Source: Octopus sinensis
Lineage: Eukaryota
NCBI RefSeq assembly: GCF_006345805.1
Contig: NC_043000.1
Span: 47,740,001 to 47,804,000, forward strand
DNA: 64,000 bases
Reading direction: 5' to 3'
Position numbers and translations under genes: made by a program. This document shows, piece after piece, positions 1 through 14,520 of this stretch; position 1 is the first letter of the stretch; every line of letters begins with the position of its first letter. The notes under the pieces were generated by a model that saw nothing but the letters and a program-made list of their open reading frames with translations, searched no databases and had not been told where the DNA came from.

Positions 1-704
1 TTGGAGCTGGTGAGGAAGGATGTTTCCCCTGCATGGACTGTCTCTTTGTCTCTCGCTCAAAGTGATGAAACCAACACTCATCCTGGTTTAGGAAACGTTC
101 AAGGTAATCAGCTTGATCTGCTTCAAATGATGTCAGATTTTCCGGTGAGGTAATCAGCCTGGTACACTTACGATCATGTGTCAGAAGACATGATACTCAG
201 TGAGCAGAAACCTGTGTCATAACATGTTCATCCTGCAGAATATTCTGAACTTTCATGCAGAAAATGCTAATAGCATTGGTAATTTGACTTACAGTCAACT
301 GTCTGTTATCTATGACCATGTGGTGAATATGATCGATGCCACCTCCATGGTGACAATTGCATGGATGTCCAGACCTTGGGTCATTTTCAAAACTGTCCTG
401 CCCCCTCCTAAATTCAGCAGCCTACTCTACATTGGTTATGAAGATGAAGTATCATCACTCTATGTAACAACCATGTCAGTATGAATGTCATTGGGGAATA
501 AACCTTTTTTCTGAAGGTACATGATAACACAACACAATGTCAAATTTTATCTATATGCCTACTTTGAACAGTAAGGCATCAGTTTACCTGGAAAGAAACA
601 ATGCAGTTATAAATAAGAAGTGTGAAAACTAATGCATGCAAGATTTTACATCTCTAGCAACACTCCTTCATTGTCAGTGTATGAAATTTTCAGCTCACCC
701 TCTT
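1..704 (-). mobile_element. Decayed mariner-type DNA transposon: 5' end and N-terminal transposase remnant
   Basis: Minus strand near 360-520 reads ...YLQKKG...AAEFRRGQDSFENDPRSGHP, matching the mariner HTH motif FxxGxxSLEDxxRSGRP, with stops and frameshifts. TIR-like end TGAAATTTTCAGCTCACCCTCTTA at about 682-704. Confidence 0.75.
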
Positions 705-728
705 AGCACTATATGTGCATATATATAT

Positions 729-805
<77 letters not shown>

Positions 806-1556
806 CATCATCATCATCATTGTTTAACGTCCGCTTTCCATGCTATACACACACACGTACATGTATATATATATATATATATGGTATCGCAAATTTTCAA
901 ATAGCTTTATTTATGAATATATTGCATTTTAGAAAGATTTCCTTCTCAACAGTGATTTCCGATTGTTATTTAATACAACTTTGTAGACATCAAACTTCAG
1001 ATCAACCAATCAGACAATACCATATAAAATTCACTAAGTCTTCCTTTGTCAGATCAATATCGATTATTTTTGCCCATAGCTGAGGAGTTTGTGTGATGTG
1101 TAGAAAAGAAAAACATTAAGTTAATTCTTAATGTCTGTTTATATGTTAGCATCATGACTGTCAAGAATGTTATATATTGGAGATGTGACAAGCACTCGAC
1201 ATGTAAAGTTGAATGTTTACTAACAGAAATGAAATTCAAAACCAGGCTACTAATCACAGTCATGTGCCACTAAAGTGGAAACGGTTGTATCTGCAATGCT
1301 AGAAAGTACTGCTGACTTGCCTGAAAAGACATCAACTATTGTCCAAAATATGATACAAAACTCGTTGCTGTGTGGCAAGAAATTTACTTCCCAACTACAT
1401 GGTTCTGGACTCAGATCCACTGTGTGACACCTTAGGTGTCTCCTACTATAGCCTCAGGCCAACCAAAGTCTTGCGAGTGGATTTAATAGTGGGAAACTGA
1501 AAGAAGCCCATCATATGTATGTGTATATATATGTATACATATATATATTTATATAT

Positions 1557-2116
1557 AACGACCGAAACACCCCCCCCGTCCAATGGATGGTGCTGAGTTG
1601 TCAAACATTTAAACCAAATTTTCTCAAAACAACTTGTCTGACCGTCCCATAGGCCTCCTCTTTGAGAAACACTGATTTAACCTAAATTTGAGACACCAGC
1701 AAAAGAAGAAATAAAGATAAACTTTTTTCTATTCCAAAGAAAAACAATTTTATTCACACAAATATGCAACCGAAGAGTTTCAAGTACCAGTAATGATAAG
1801 GCTGTTGACTGGGAGAACACAAGCATGGTTTAAACAGTAAGCTTGGCAGGAAAGAAACGTGCCTTTAAGCAGTAAACAAAAACAACACAAAATGGAAGGT
1901 GCAGTTATGTTCAGGTTGATGGAAGAAAAGCAGGACAAAAACGGCTTTATCGATCGCATTCTCACCTGGAATCGATTTTTGTAATTTTTTCAATACTTAT
2001 ACACGCCCTGATACCGTCGGTATCTACAAATCGAATTTGAGCACAATCGAATGGAGGATGCCCGAGATCCGAGAAAACACACAAACAGACAGACAGAACA
2101 GATTTTTAATAAGAGA
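1557..2116 (-). mobile_element. Probable non-autonomous Helitron-like element
   Basis: Minus strand starts A|TCTCTTATTAAAAATCTGTTCTGTCTGTCTG, the same 5'-TC plus (GTCT)n layout as the Helitrons at 10328 and 42894. CpG-rich body; 3' end not clearly resolved. Confidence 0.4.
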
Positions 2117-2138
2117 TAATAATATAAATAATATATAC

Positions 2139-2178
<40 letters not shown>

Positions 2179-2756
2179 TATATATTATATATATATATAT
2201 ATATATGCATATATACATGCACATATGTATATACCTACATATATTTGTATATATACATGCATATATGGGTACAGGACGTCAAAAAAACGTGGACAACTGA
2301 AAAACGTAAACATAAAAATACAAAAGCATGGAAAATGAACTTTTTTCTGAACAACGAAAGAAACAAATAGAGAAACGATTCAGACAACATAAAGAACATT
2401 CCCCTTCATCAGTTGCTCCCTGTTTTATCTACTCCATATTTCAAACGTTGGGACAAGACTTGACTTCATTAAAACAGTCATTCCCACAAGCAAATTAAAT
2501 AAAATTTGTGATTTTCAGTGGTTAAAGTGGTAACAGAAACAGGACAGTGAGAACAAAACAGTAAAACAAACATTAAGGGCTGTTAAGCCATAATGAGGTA
2601 AGGTGGTGATACACACGCTCATTCATATATATATATATATATGTGTTTTATCATTAATTAATACATCCTAGGGTCGCAAAAGAAATTAAGAAAATTTCTT
2701 TGCTACCAGTGGTCTAGTGAGAAGAAAAAACTAGTCAATAGACTATATATTATTCA

Positions 2757-3024
2757 TATAAAAATACAGTGTACATTTAACCACTTAAGAGATGGCCATA
2801 ACAGAACATCTGACTTGCTAGAAAGAGTAGTTAAACCACACACCACTATTAGGGGTAATTTCGAAAGGGAATGAAAAATAAAATATAGGGTAAATGTTTA
2901 TATTTTTCATTCCCTTTCGAAATTACCCCTATTAGTGGTTTGTGGTTTAGCTACTCTTTCTAGCGAGTCAGATGTCCTGTTATGGCCATCTCTTATGTGT
3001 TTAAATGTACACAGTATTTTTATA
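2757..3024. repeat. Long inverted repeat (124-bp arms, 20-bp spacer) of a Penelope-like pLTR fragment
   Basis: 2757-2880 is the reverse complement of 2901-3024 with 8 mismatches counted by eye. The sequence is homologous to the hammerhead-bearing element at 16480-16790. Confidence 0.9.
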
Positions 3025-3286
3025 TACATAAATGTGTGTGTGCTTGTGTTTGTCCCCCATCACCACTAGACAAGTAATTTTGACACGTTTACATCCCTAT
3101 GACTGAGCAGTTCAACAAAAGAAACCCATAGATCAAGTACTAGGGTTAAAAAAAAGTAGGTACTGTGATTGCTTCCTTCAGCTAAAAATTCTTTAAGGTG
3201 GTGCCCCAGCATGGCCATAGTCTTATGACTGACACAAGTAACTGATATATAATAAAAGATATTAGCTACTAGTAGTCTCCAAAAAG

Positions 3287-3585
3287 TGGAGGCACATGGC
3301 CCAGTGGTTAGAGCAGCGGACTCGTGGTTAAGGGATTGCGGGTTCGAGTCTCAGATCAGGTGATGTGTGTGTTTATGAGCAAAACACCTAAGCACCATGT
3401 GGCTCTGGCAGAAGGTAATGGCAAACTTCTGCTGAATCTTTTGCCACAACTTTCTCTCACTCTTTCCTCCTGCATCTAGTAGCTCACCTGTGATGGACCA
3501 ACATCCTGTCAAGGTAGGGAACCTATATGCCAATGAAACCAAGAAACCGGCCCTTAAGAGCCAGACATGGCTTGGGAAAGAACAA
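3287..3585 (+). mobile_element. tRNA-head SINE (family B)
   Basis: A box TGGCCCAGTGG and B box GGTTCGAGTC; near-identical copies at 21483-21782 and 40066-40364 on the minus strand. Confidence 0.85.
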
Positions 3586-6328
3586 AGTCTCCAAAAAACA
3601 AAAAAAACAAATACATAGGAACACCCCTGATGTGAATGATTCAGCAAAAGTGCAAAGATTCTGAAGAAGATAGTCTTGCAGAGACCTATATGTAACAATT
3701 AAGAGAAATTAGTTTGTACGCAAACAGAATGATACACTTTGGTCTGAGCCAAAAGCCAGAAAGTGCTGGACAAATTGCTTAGACTCTCTGAGCTCAAATT
3801 CCAGCAAGGTCAACTTTGTCTTTCATCCTTATGGTGTTGATAAAATAAGTAACTTTTGAGCCCCAAGGTTGATGTAATCAACTAGATCCATCCCTTAAAA
3901 TTTGGGGTTTTGTGCCTATAGAAGAATGGATTGAAAGTGAATGATGACAACACCTTTTATATTTCTACATTCCAAAGAAATCTAGGCTTGCCTGCTCAAA
4001 ATGGTAATCGGTTTAGTGATAAAATATTTGATGTTTCTTTAACTGATAGTAATCATTTATATAGCATCTCTGCTCTGGTAAATGGTTCTTGTGCTGTTTT
4101 TTTGCATTATGCTGCTGCACGTGAAAAGTTTAATGCAACAGCAAGCTATCAAAAAAACAAAGAGATGCAATTTCAAAAGAGAAAGACAATCACTACTTTT
4201 AATACATTTTCAAGTCAACCACTTCCCAATAACAGCTATTTTAGGTTTTTGCTTGTCTTTTGTTTTTTCCCATTTTTGGGTAGATGTTTTTGTAAACTTC
4301 AGATGTTCTTGCAGCAGAATTAGTACAAAGAAAATCTGAAAAATGCCTTTCTGATAAAAAAAATCCTTTTATGTGATAGCATTTGTGCATGTAGTTGATA
4401 TTGTATCAATATTTGAAGACCTTGGGAATTTGAGTGAAAAGCTTAAGGTTTTTATACTCCATTTCAAAATTGTGTAAGCTAGCTGTGTGCAATGTGGAAG
4501 ACGTCAAAAATGCTGATTTCTAAGTCAATATTTGAATGTGCATGAATGAGTACAAAATAATTTGACACCTACCTATAACAATAAGATTGAAGGTTTAGCA
4601 ATGTGTTTCGCAAACATGTCACCGTTACTCATCTTACATTATGTAGATTCATAGAAATGTTAAACACAAGCAAGATGTAAATGTGGCACTTATTACTCAG
4701 CTATCAATATTTTTGGTCCAACAAGAAAAGACATTACAACGCAGTGAACAATGACAAAAAGAACGCAGTGAACAATGACAAAAAGCATTTCTAATAGATT
4801 ACCATGCTATTAATAATCAAATAATTATTTATCAGCTACCTGTAGCACTTAATTATATGTATGAAACTGGAGCAGTCATGAATTTATGAAGAACTTATTC
4901 CTGTTTTTGTTTAATTAAATTATGGATAGAATTTCTACTTATATTTTATGCTCAAAATAATTCCAAAAATTACTTCATAAAATCATTCCTGATAAAGTAT
5001 TCATACAGATATTAGTATTATTAATAAAGCATTGAGCTGGAAGAATCATTAGAACAATGGTCAAAATATTTAGCGGCATTTCTTTCAGTTTTCAATGTTC
5101 TGAGTTCAAATTCCTCCTATGTCAACTGTGCCTTTAATCCTTCCAGTGGTTGATAAAATGAAATACCAGTTAAATATCTAGGATTGATGTAATCAATTAT
5201 ACTCTTTCACTAAAACTGCTGGTTTTGAGTCAAAATTTGAATCCATTAATGTGTAGCAAACTGGCAGAATCATTAGCACAGCAGACAAAATGGTTAGCAG
5301 CATTTCAGCAAATTCTCTCAATGAGCCAGTGGACTGAACAAACAATGTGGCCTTCTTGGAAGCATTCTTGCACTCACTACTAGCGCCACCGTCACCTCCA
5401 TGTTGTTTCGTTTTGGACCAACCAACCGTCTGTACTGGAAGAAGATTTAATTTAGCCAAGCGTCGCATGCTCAACTACCAGACACTTACAGACTATAAAA
5501 GTGGTGACCGTTGGCTAACATATATGTATACACAGATGCATGCACGCACAGACACACACACACACATATATATATATATAATTGGGTACACTTAATAAAT
5601 TGATTATCTACAAATGCATTAGTTATTCATTCCTGGAAAGTTTGCAAAGAGTAAATATTATTGTTTCAACGAACAATATATAATTTATGACGTGCGTGTG
5701 AGTAAATTCAATTCACTGATAGTTATGTTGTAATTAAACAACAAATACATGTTTACATGAAACAATGAATACATGTTTACATTTTAATAAATCTTTGTTG
5801 TAGATTACGAAGAATGTGTGAAATGAATAAAAGTGTAAATCCATAGTTTAGAGTGTTTCATATAAGAATTGGCTTTCATTAAAATATTGGCTTCACCAAT
5901 GCTTAATTTATATATATGGTCATGTATTAGACATGCAAGCACACATATGTATGTATATATGTACGTGTATGTGCCTGTATGTATCTTTGTGTATGACGTG
6001 TATTAATACTAGTGTGTTTATATGTATATATCTACATAGATATTCATAGGTATAGGAATTTGACAATCATATTCCGTTAAAAGTTTTTGGAAAGAACTGC
6101 ATGAAAAGCTATTGAATGAAATAACTGAAGGCCTTTTTGATAAGAATGTATTTTAATTTTATATCATACAATTTTCTATTAGCTGTTGTTAAAGGAAAAT
6201 GCAGTTTTTGAGAGAAACCTTACTATTAAATCAATTGATAAAATTGTATGTATTAAATGTAATACTTTATAGATATATTCTCTGCATTTTCAAACAAGGC
6301 AATAACACACACACACACACACACACAC

Positions 6329-6368
<40 letters not shown>

Positions 6369-8535
6369 ATGTGTATTTGTGCATGTGTGTGTTTGTTTAT
6401 ATGAGCATTATATTCCCAGAGTAATATTTTTCAGTTAAAGCTTCAGTATACATTTCACTTCATTGAATTGGAAAGAAATGCAACGAATGTTAAAGGTGGA
6501 AGCACTGCAGATGGTGTAAATCTTTGATGTCCAAGTCAGCTGTCATCTATTGTGCATCAGGGGATGTCCTTGATAAAAATTCCTAAGAAACTATTTGGGA
6601 AGATGTGAACAGGTGAATTTAGCTCACCTTTTGCACACTTTATTTTATTAAATATTATGGTAAGATTATAAAAGATTTGTATGTTTTCCGTGAGGCAAAG
6701 TTCGCAGTACTTTGATGTGTTACTAAATACCTGTTTATTATCTAACACTGCCCATATGACACTAGTAATCTCTCATTTGTATCTATTTGCCCATAATTTT
6801 AAACATGCTGTGATGTTTTCAGGTGGAGATGCTAGAATTAGCTTTTGTGCTGATATATTGTAGGCAAAGACATTAGCACAATATACAATGTTTTTCTCTG
6901 GGTATTTGGCCTTTAGAGGGCAAAACTCTATAATTCTGAAATTGCTTGCTGGCTTGTATACATATATACACATACATGGATGCAAACACTCATCTGTATG
7001 TTTATATGTATATATGCATGAATGCTAGTAAATATGTAAGTACACACCAACACATATACAGAATGAGGACATTCTTTTGCAGTTCTGATACTTAGACAGG
7101 ATACCAGGATATCATTGTTAAATATCTCAATCATTTCAATGTTTGCTTTAAGAATATCTTAAGCATAACTCAATAAGACAGAATTTCTAATACAGAACTT
7201 ATCAGATGTGCCAATGTTTCCAGGTTGGTTGTTATGCAATGCTGTTGGGCTAGATATACCAAAATGCCTGACTCTAAACTATGCACAAGTATGGTTTAGA
7301 GTTTCTTACTTTTCTAAGAAGCATTCCGCATGGTACATGGCTCATCTTCAGGTGGGCTACACAACTGAAAATTTCTGGGTAATTTATTTTTCTTAGGCAT
7401 GCCATTCAGAAAACCATTTGGGCCACAATTTACTCATGACTACTCTCAATGGTAGGGACATTAACTTGTATCTGGAAAGTTAATCTGTTGGGAGTGATTC
7501 AGCCTTTTCATCCTGTTGGGTATAAAGGATGCCAGTGTCTAGGGTGGCTGTTCAGGCCAATGGCAGTAGAGAAGGGGGTGAAGAAATGTGAGCCACTCTT
7601 TGTGTCTTCAGTATCTGACTTCTTCCTCTTGACACCTATTATTTTCCATCTGTTTCATTCCTTTGACTTTGACATGCAACCACCATTAAATACAATTTTC
7701 TGTTTTGAACTTTTAAATAGAGGGGACAGTGTTGTGTACCTTGTAAAAGATTCAAAGATGCACGAAAAATTCACGATGCACTTGAAAGACTGCAAGATCA
7801 ATCCATTGTCATGGGAAGGAGTTGACTTAGTTTAGAGCTATATGGAAGAAATTTAGTACTCAGAGCTATAAGATATGTGAATCTTCATTTATCTTTTAGG
7901 AGGCCAAAATAGAAATTTTGCAGACCATACCCCTTAAGAATCCTGATTTATGCGAATGTGAGCATTGTCTGCAGCACTTCTCTGATGAAGAGGCCTTTTT
8001 GACAACAGCAGAACTTATTAATGAGCTATAATCTGTATTGTTTTTTTAAGTATTTCAGATACTGGACTATCATTAAACTTGATGAACAAACAAGCATATG
8101 CATGAACACACACACATTACTAGGTACAGTCACACAAGTGGTTGAGTAACTGTACCCAATAATGTGTGTGGCGGGGTCTACAATTCTGGAAATGGTTCAA
8201 ACCAAATAGAATATAGAGAATAAATATTAATGTTTAAATAAATACGTGTGTATAGCAATGTTAATGCCTATGTGTCTTCGTGTATAAATTCTGGTTATTG
8301 AAAATTATGTTATAGCTAAACAAATACAAGCTTACATTAAATAATGGATACATGTTTACTTTTCATCAAATCATTGTTGTAGATTATGAAGAATATGTGA
8401 AAGGAATGAAAATGTAAACCCATATTTTATCATGTTTCATATACTTGGCTTCACCAATGCTTTGTTTAAATATATAACCACATATACAGACGCAACACAC
8501 ACAGAGCGGTATATTTGTGTGTGTGTATACATGCG

Positions 8536-8570
<35 letters not shown>

Positions 8571-8699
8571 GTACATATATGTATGTGTGTGTGTGTGCAT
8601 TTATATATAATGGGAAAATCATACAAAATGTATAAATAGAAGTGTTGTACTCAATAAAGTCTAATACACATTCCATCTCCTATTCTATTAATACTATAT

Positions 8700-8715
8700 T
8701 ACATATACATATATA

Positions 8716-8753
<38 letters not shown>

Positions 8754-9136
8754 TATATATATATATTATATATATATTATATATGAATATATATATATGA
8801 ATATATATATATGAATATATATATATGAATATATATATATATATGAATATATATATATATATCTATATATATATATATATATAGATATATATATATGAAT
8901 ATATATATATATATACACACACACATACACAGACACATACAAGTGCATACATATACATATATATACGCCTATGTATGCACACACATAAATGCATATATTA
9001 CATATATATATATGTATATATTATATATATGTATATATATTATATATATATATATGTATATATATGTATATACATATATATATATATGTATATATATGTA
9101 TGTGTATATATATATGTATATATATATATATGTATG

Positions 9137-9167
<31 letters not shown>

Positions 9168-9309
9168 GTATGTATATATATATATGTAGTATATATATAT
9201 ATGTATGTATATATATATATATATAATATATATATATATATGTATGTAGTATGTATATGTATGTATATATAATATATATTATATATATATGTATGTATGT
9301 ATGTATATG

Positions 9310-9352
<43 letters not shown>

Positions 9353-9409
9353 GTATATGTATGTATATATATATTATATATAATATATATATATGTATGT
9401 ATGTATATG

Positions 9410-9448
<39 letters not shown>

Positions 9449-9465
9449 CTGTATATGTATGTATA

Positions 9466-9498
<33 letters not shown>

Positions 9499-9555
9499 AT
9501 ATGTATATATATTCACATGCACACAGATACATGTATATATGTATATGTGTGTGCA
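8700..9555. repeat. (TA)n/(TATG)n compound microsatellite
   Basis: Directly visible; the source of the YIYI-type ORFs. Confidence 0.95.
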
Positions 9556-10532
9556 TTTAAATTCATGAACCATGTTCCGTTATGAGTATTTAAAAGGACT
9601 GTGCGAATAGCTATTCAGTGAAATAACCGAAAGCCCTGTTGATAAGGATATATTATAATCTTATATCATGCAATGTTCTGTTAACTCCTGTCAACAGAAA
9701 TTGTTATTATTGAGAAGAAACCTTACTGTTAAGTCAATTGATAAAACTGTGCATTAAATTTATTACTTTGCATATATTTTCTTTATATTCTCTGTATGCT
9801 AAACAATACAGTATGATCAAGATAATACAATATTCATTCATATTAAGTTTGTTTTTGACTTGTAAACATTGACACTGATGAAACCACTACTCACTTGTAG
9901 CAGTTTATTCTTCATGTAATCTTTGTTTAATGCAGGGGTGAAATTCTGTAACAGTATCTTTTGTTTGTTTCAGTCATTGAACTGCAGCCATGGTGAGGTC
10001 ACCATCTTGAAATGTTTACCTTATTTTTTTAGTTTTTTGAAAAATGGTATTTTTTTTATTGCAGCCTCTTTGCCAAACTGCTGCTTTACAGGGATGCTAA
10101 CACACCAGCACCAATTGTCAAGTAACAGTGGAAGACAAACACAGTACAAATACTAAAACACACACACACACACATGCATGCATAAATATGAAAGGGTGCT
10201 GAAAAGTTCCTACTTTTAAGGGTATCACAAACGGCCTGATCAGAGGCCCAATCTTCTCGGTTCCTTTACAGGACTTAGAAAAATTGAAGGACTGCTGCAT
10301 TAAGTGTGTGAATCGGAGAAGGAAATATCTATATATATAAAACTGAGAATGTGTCTGTCTGTCTGTGTGAATCCCTAAAACTTGAGAACTACTCAACCAA
10401 TTTCATTCAAATTTTACACATGCTTTACTTAGGGTCCATATAGTGTCATGGGCAAAAGAATTTTTTAACTTCTTACCTAGGGCGAGCCCACAGCAATATC
10501 ATATCTTATCCATTATCTCATTATTACGTGTT

Positions 10533-13500
10533 GATTGATTGATTGATTGATTGATTGATTCTAGTTTCAGCTTATGAGCTGTGGCATGCTGGGGCACCGC
10601 CATTTGGTGTTGCTACTTGGTTTCACTTCATGGAGGCTTTCTAGCAACTGCTATTGGTGCATGAGAGAGTTCGATGCAGCTGCCCTCATCTGCCCCTCCT
10701 GCCGTGAAGTTGTTCATCTGGGACACCTGACAGGAAGAGATCCAGCTTCATTTTAAAGACATCTGTATCCAACCCATGCAGGTCTCTCAGGTTCTTCGGG
10801 AGGATATTGAAGAGCTGTGGGCCTCGGAAGCCCAGGCTATCACAGAATCTTGTCCTACATCTTGATGGCAGGTTGGAGTCCTAGGCACCATGCAGTGGCG
10901 CCCAGTTCTGGCATTTGCGTAACTCTCGATGCCAAAGTTCAGGACACTTCCCTCCAGGATCTTCCAGATGTATATTATGGCATATCTTTCCCGCCTACGC
11001 TCCAGGGAATATAATTTTAATCTCTTGAGTCTTTCCCAGTAGCTTACATTCTGCCAGAGGCTATCTTCTTTGTGTAGCTTCGTTGGGTCGCCTCAAGTTC
11101 TGTGATCAACTTGACACTGGATGGTGACCATAGCTGAGAGCAATAGTCAAAGTGGCTTAGGACAAGTGTCTTCCAGAGGACCATCATGGGTTTTGTTCTC
11201 TTGTTCTAAAGGTTCTAAGAATCCATCCAGCCAGCCGTCTACATTTCAGTGTCAGTTTAGCAACATGTACATGAAAGGTCGCGTCATCACTCATGTGAAT
11301 ACCCAGGTCACGCACTGATTGTGCCTCTGGGATTGCAATCCCTCCGGGTCCAGTGTATTCATTGGGTATTGCATTCAGTTTTGCATGCTGATAGTATAAA
11401 GCTTGAAACTTTCCAGCATTGAACTGCATGCTATTCTTTTCAGCCCACTTGTATATTTCGTCCAGCTCACATTGCAGGTGTTTAGTGTCCTCAGGGTTCT
11501 GTATTGCCTGTGAAACTTTTGTATCATCTGCATAACTTGTGATCGTGGCTCTCTGCGTGGCTGAGGGCATGTCTGAGAGGGCCATTATGAACAGTAGTGG
11601 TCCAGAACAGTGCCCTGCGGAACACCGCTCACTATTTGTGTGTTAATGGAGGTGGCCCATTGACTACTACCACCTGACTTCTATCCTTCAGAAAGTCATG
11701 AAGCCATTCTCCCAGTTTTCCAACTATGTGAGATCACGCAGTTTGTGACATATCATTCCATGATCGACTTTATCAAAGGCCTTTGCAAAGTCGAGATATA
11801 TCACTTCCACATTTGAGTGGTTGAGCAGCCGTTTCAGCACCCAGTCATAGTGTTGTAGGAGCTGAGTTAAACAGCTTCTCCCTGGTCGGAAACCATGTTG
11901 GGTGTCGGGCAGCAAGTCATTCTCTTCAAGGAAGGTGATCAGCTTCCTTCTGACTATTCGTTCCATGACCTTGCTGATGTGTGAGGTGAGAGAGATAGGT
12001 CTATAGTTCTTGGCTTCCGCTCTGCTACCTCCTTTATGAATGGGGCATATTTTACCTTCCTTCAGTTTTCCTGGAAGTTTGCCAGCTGCAAGGAAGCTCT
12101 GAAAGAGGAACTGCAGTGGTCTTGCTAGGACTCTCTTACATGCTTTTAGGAGGATTGCCGGGAATCCATCGGGGCCAGTAGCTGAGTCTGTTTTCATTTC
12201 ATCTATAGCCTTGGTTACATCTTCTTCCTTTATATCGATGTAATCTATCGTCGCCGCCTCTGATTTTATATCTGCAGTGTTAAAAAAGTCAGTTGGAGTG
12301 AAAACACTCTTGAATTGCTCATTCAGTATTTCACTTACCCTCATTGGTTTTCCTGTAAGTGTGCCATCCTTTTCGAGGAGTGGCCCTATTCTACAGTGCA
12401 CTGTAGCTGTTTCTTTGGCATACCTGTAGAAAGCTCTGGGGTTAGATTTTATGTTTTCTATAGCCCAGGCTTCTCTGTCTGCTCTTTCTTTTTCATGGGA
12501 GAGTTGCAGACATTTTTCGATTTCCAACAGTTTTATTTTTAGGCGGGACTTTTCACTGCTTTCAATCTGTTTGTTTAGGCGATTTGAAAATTCGTACGCC
12601 GTCTCATTAAAATTTTCCTCTCTCTGGGGATTTTGTTCTTGTGTACAGTGGCCTTTCTCTCTGGGACACATTTGTAGCATATGGCTTGCATTACAGACAT
12701 GAATTGTTGAAGTTTCACGTCGATGTCTGGCGAGGAGAGACATTTAGGCCAGTTTTGTTTGAGGATCTCTTTCTCAATTTGTTTCCAGTTTGCCTTATGG
12801 TAGTTCAAGCTGGAAAGATTTTGAGGGTTTTTTGTAGGCTGCATGTCCGTGCTCTCTTTTGGCCCGTACATGGTCAGCTCTATCATGTTGTGATCCGAGA
12901 GTAGTGTCGGTGTCACTTTCACATTATGGATGAGATCCATGTCATTTGTGAAGCAGAGATCCAGTGTGTTCCTGCCCTGGTTGGTTGGAGTATTACCTGC
13001 TCCATGTACAGGGTGTTGATGAGGTTCAGGAGGGACCTCGCCTGTCTCGTTCACATCTTGTCATTCCTGGGAGAGAAAGGCCCTCGGGCCATCTGACATT
13101 GGGCAGATTGAAGTCTCCCATAAGAAGCACACCTATGTGTTGTTCTAATGTGGTTAGAATTTCTTATTTTTATAAGGCAGTCTTCAAACTTGCCCACATG
13201 GCTTGGGGCATCTGAGGGCGATATGTAGCACACACAACTACATCAAGTTGCCTGATATGTACAATTAGTGTGTCACACACCGAGTTTGAGTATGACAAGA
13301 GGACCTGGGGTGTGAGGTCCTCACGGATGTACATAGCAACACCTCCATGACTCCTTTCTTCCTGTCGGTCCGTAGTACAGCATACTGTGGTATGTGTAAC
13401 TCCGCATCTGCTATGTCCGGTTTCAGGTGCGTTTCTGTAAGTGCTATGCATAGGCTTGATTGCATGCAACAAAGTCTCTCAGGAACGGGATCTTTGTCCT

Positions 13501-13554
13501 GTTACTGAGTGTTTGCAGTCCTCTGATGTTCAGTAGGAGTATCGAGGTGAGGTG
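10533..13554 (-). mobile_element. 5'-truncated CR1/L2-group LINE with frameshifted ORF2 (AP endonuclease + reverse transcriptase)
   Basis: APE motifs LLLNIRGL, IALTETHL and TLDL...SDHNMI. RT motifs GPDGF, NYRPISLTS, QHGFRPGRSC, YLDFAKAFDKVDH and YADDTK. 3' tail (AATC)n. TSD TACGTGTT at 10525-10532 and 13555-13562. Confidence 0.95.
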
Positions 13555-14177
13555 TACGTGTTAAAAGTGAAACTAAAACATCTCTGTTGTAATGTCAGAT
13601 GCTTTCACTTTAATAATGAAACTATTAAAGTCAAACTATTATATAAAGGGAAGAAACATTAACAATGGACTTCCATTTTGCTAGAAGATCTGCTATGGTC
13701 TTATATGCTACACCACTGGTTTTCAATTCATATTAATCAAATTAATATTCAATTTTTCACCCTTATTATTTTAAATTTAAATTTACATGTGCGTGTATAT
13801 ATATATAGATGTATATATATATATATATATATATATGATGTATATATATATTATATGTATATATATATTTACATGTATATATATGAATGTATATATATAT
13901 GTATATATATATACATGTATATATATAGATGTATATGTATACATGTATATGTATAGCTGTATATGTATACATGTATATGTATAGCTGTATATGTATACAT
14001 GTATATGTATAGATGTATTTCTATAGATATACATGTATATGTATACATGTATATGAAGATGTATATATATATATATATATATATAGATATACATGTAATA
14101 TGTACACATATATATACACATATATACATGCATACATATATACAAACATACACACATACACACACACATACATACAT

Positions 14178-14520
14178 AGGTGCAGGTGTGACTGTGTGGT
14201 AACAAACTTGGTTCCAAAACACATGGTCCTCAGTTCTGTCCCACTGTGTGGTAACTTGGCATGTGTCCTCTGCTATAGCCTCAGACCAACCAAAGCCTTG
14301 TCAGTGGATTTCGTAGACAGAAACTGAAATAAATAAATTGTATATATATATATGTATGTATATAAGTAAGTGTATGTGTGTGTCTTTGTCTCTGTGTTTC
14401 ACCCTCATTACTGCTTCACGACTGCTGTTCATTTATTTACATCCCCATAACTTACTGGTTTCACAAAAACAAACTAATAGAATAAGTACCAGGCTTGTCG
14501 ACATAAAAAAAAGCACTAGG
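14178..14520 (+). mobile_element. SINE family A, diverged copy inside the Helitron
   Basis: Head GGTGCAGGTGTGACTGTGTGGTAA and body through AATAGAATAAGTACCAGGC. Confidence 0.8.

Larger units (their letters stand above)
1365..3245 (+). mobile_element. tRNA-head SINE (family A) split by insertions into its internal microsatellite
   Basis: Head GCTGTGTGGCAAG...GAAACTGAAAGAAGCCC at 1365-1512. Matching 3' half (GTGTTTGTCCCCC...GGTGCCCCAGCATGGCC...GACTGACAC) at about 3031-3245. Compare the intact copies at 28505-28900 and 44668-44997. Confidence 0.7.

Noticed and set aside
2270-2620. Minus-strand GAAA...GUA...CUGAUGA suggesting a type II hammerhead
   Set aside because: I could not form stem I or stem II in register; it is probably a repeat of unknown class.
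3287-3360. tRNA gene
   Set aside because: A and B boxes run directly into a SINE body present in several copies; no complete cloverleaf or terminator.
4738-4786. Exact 24-bp tandem duplication
   Set aside because: Real, but an ordinary slippage event with no sign of function.
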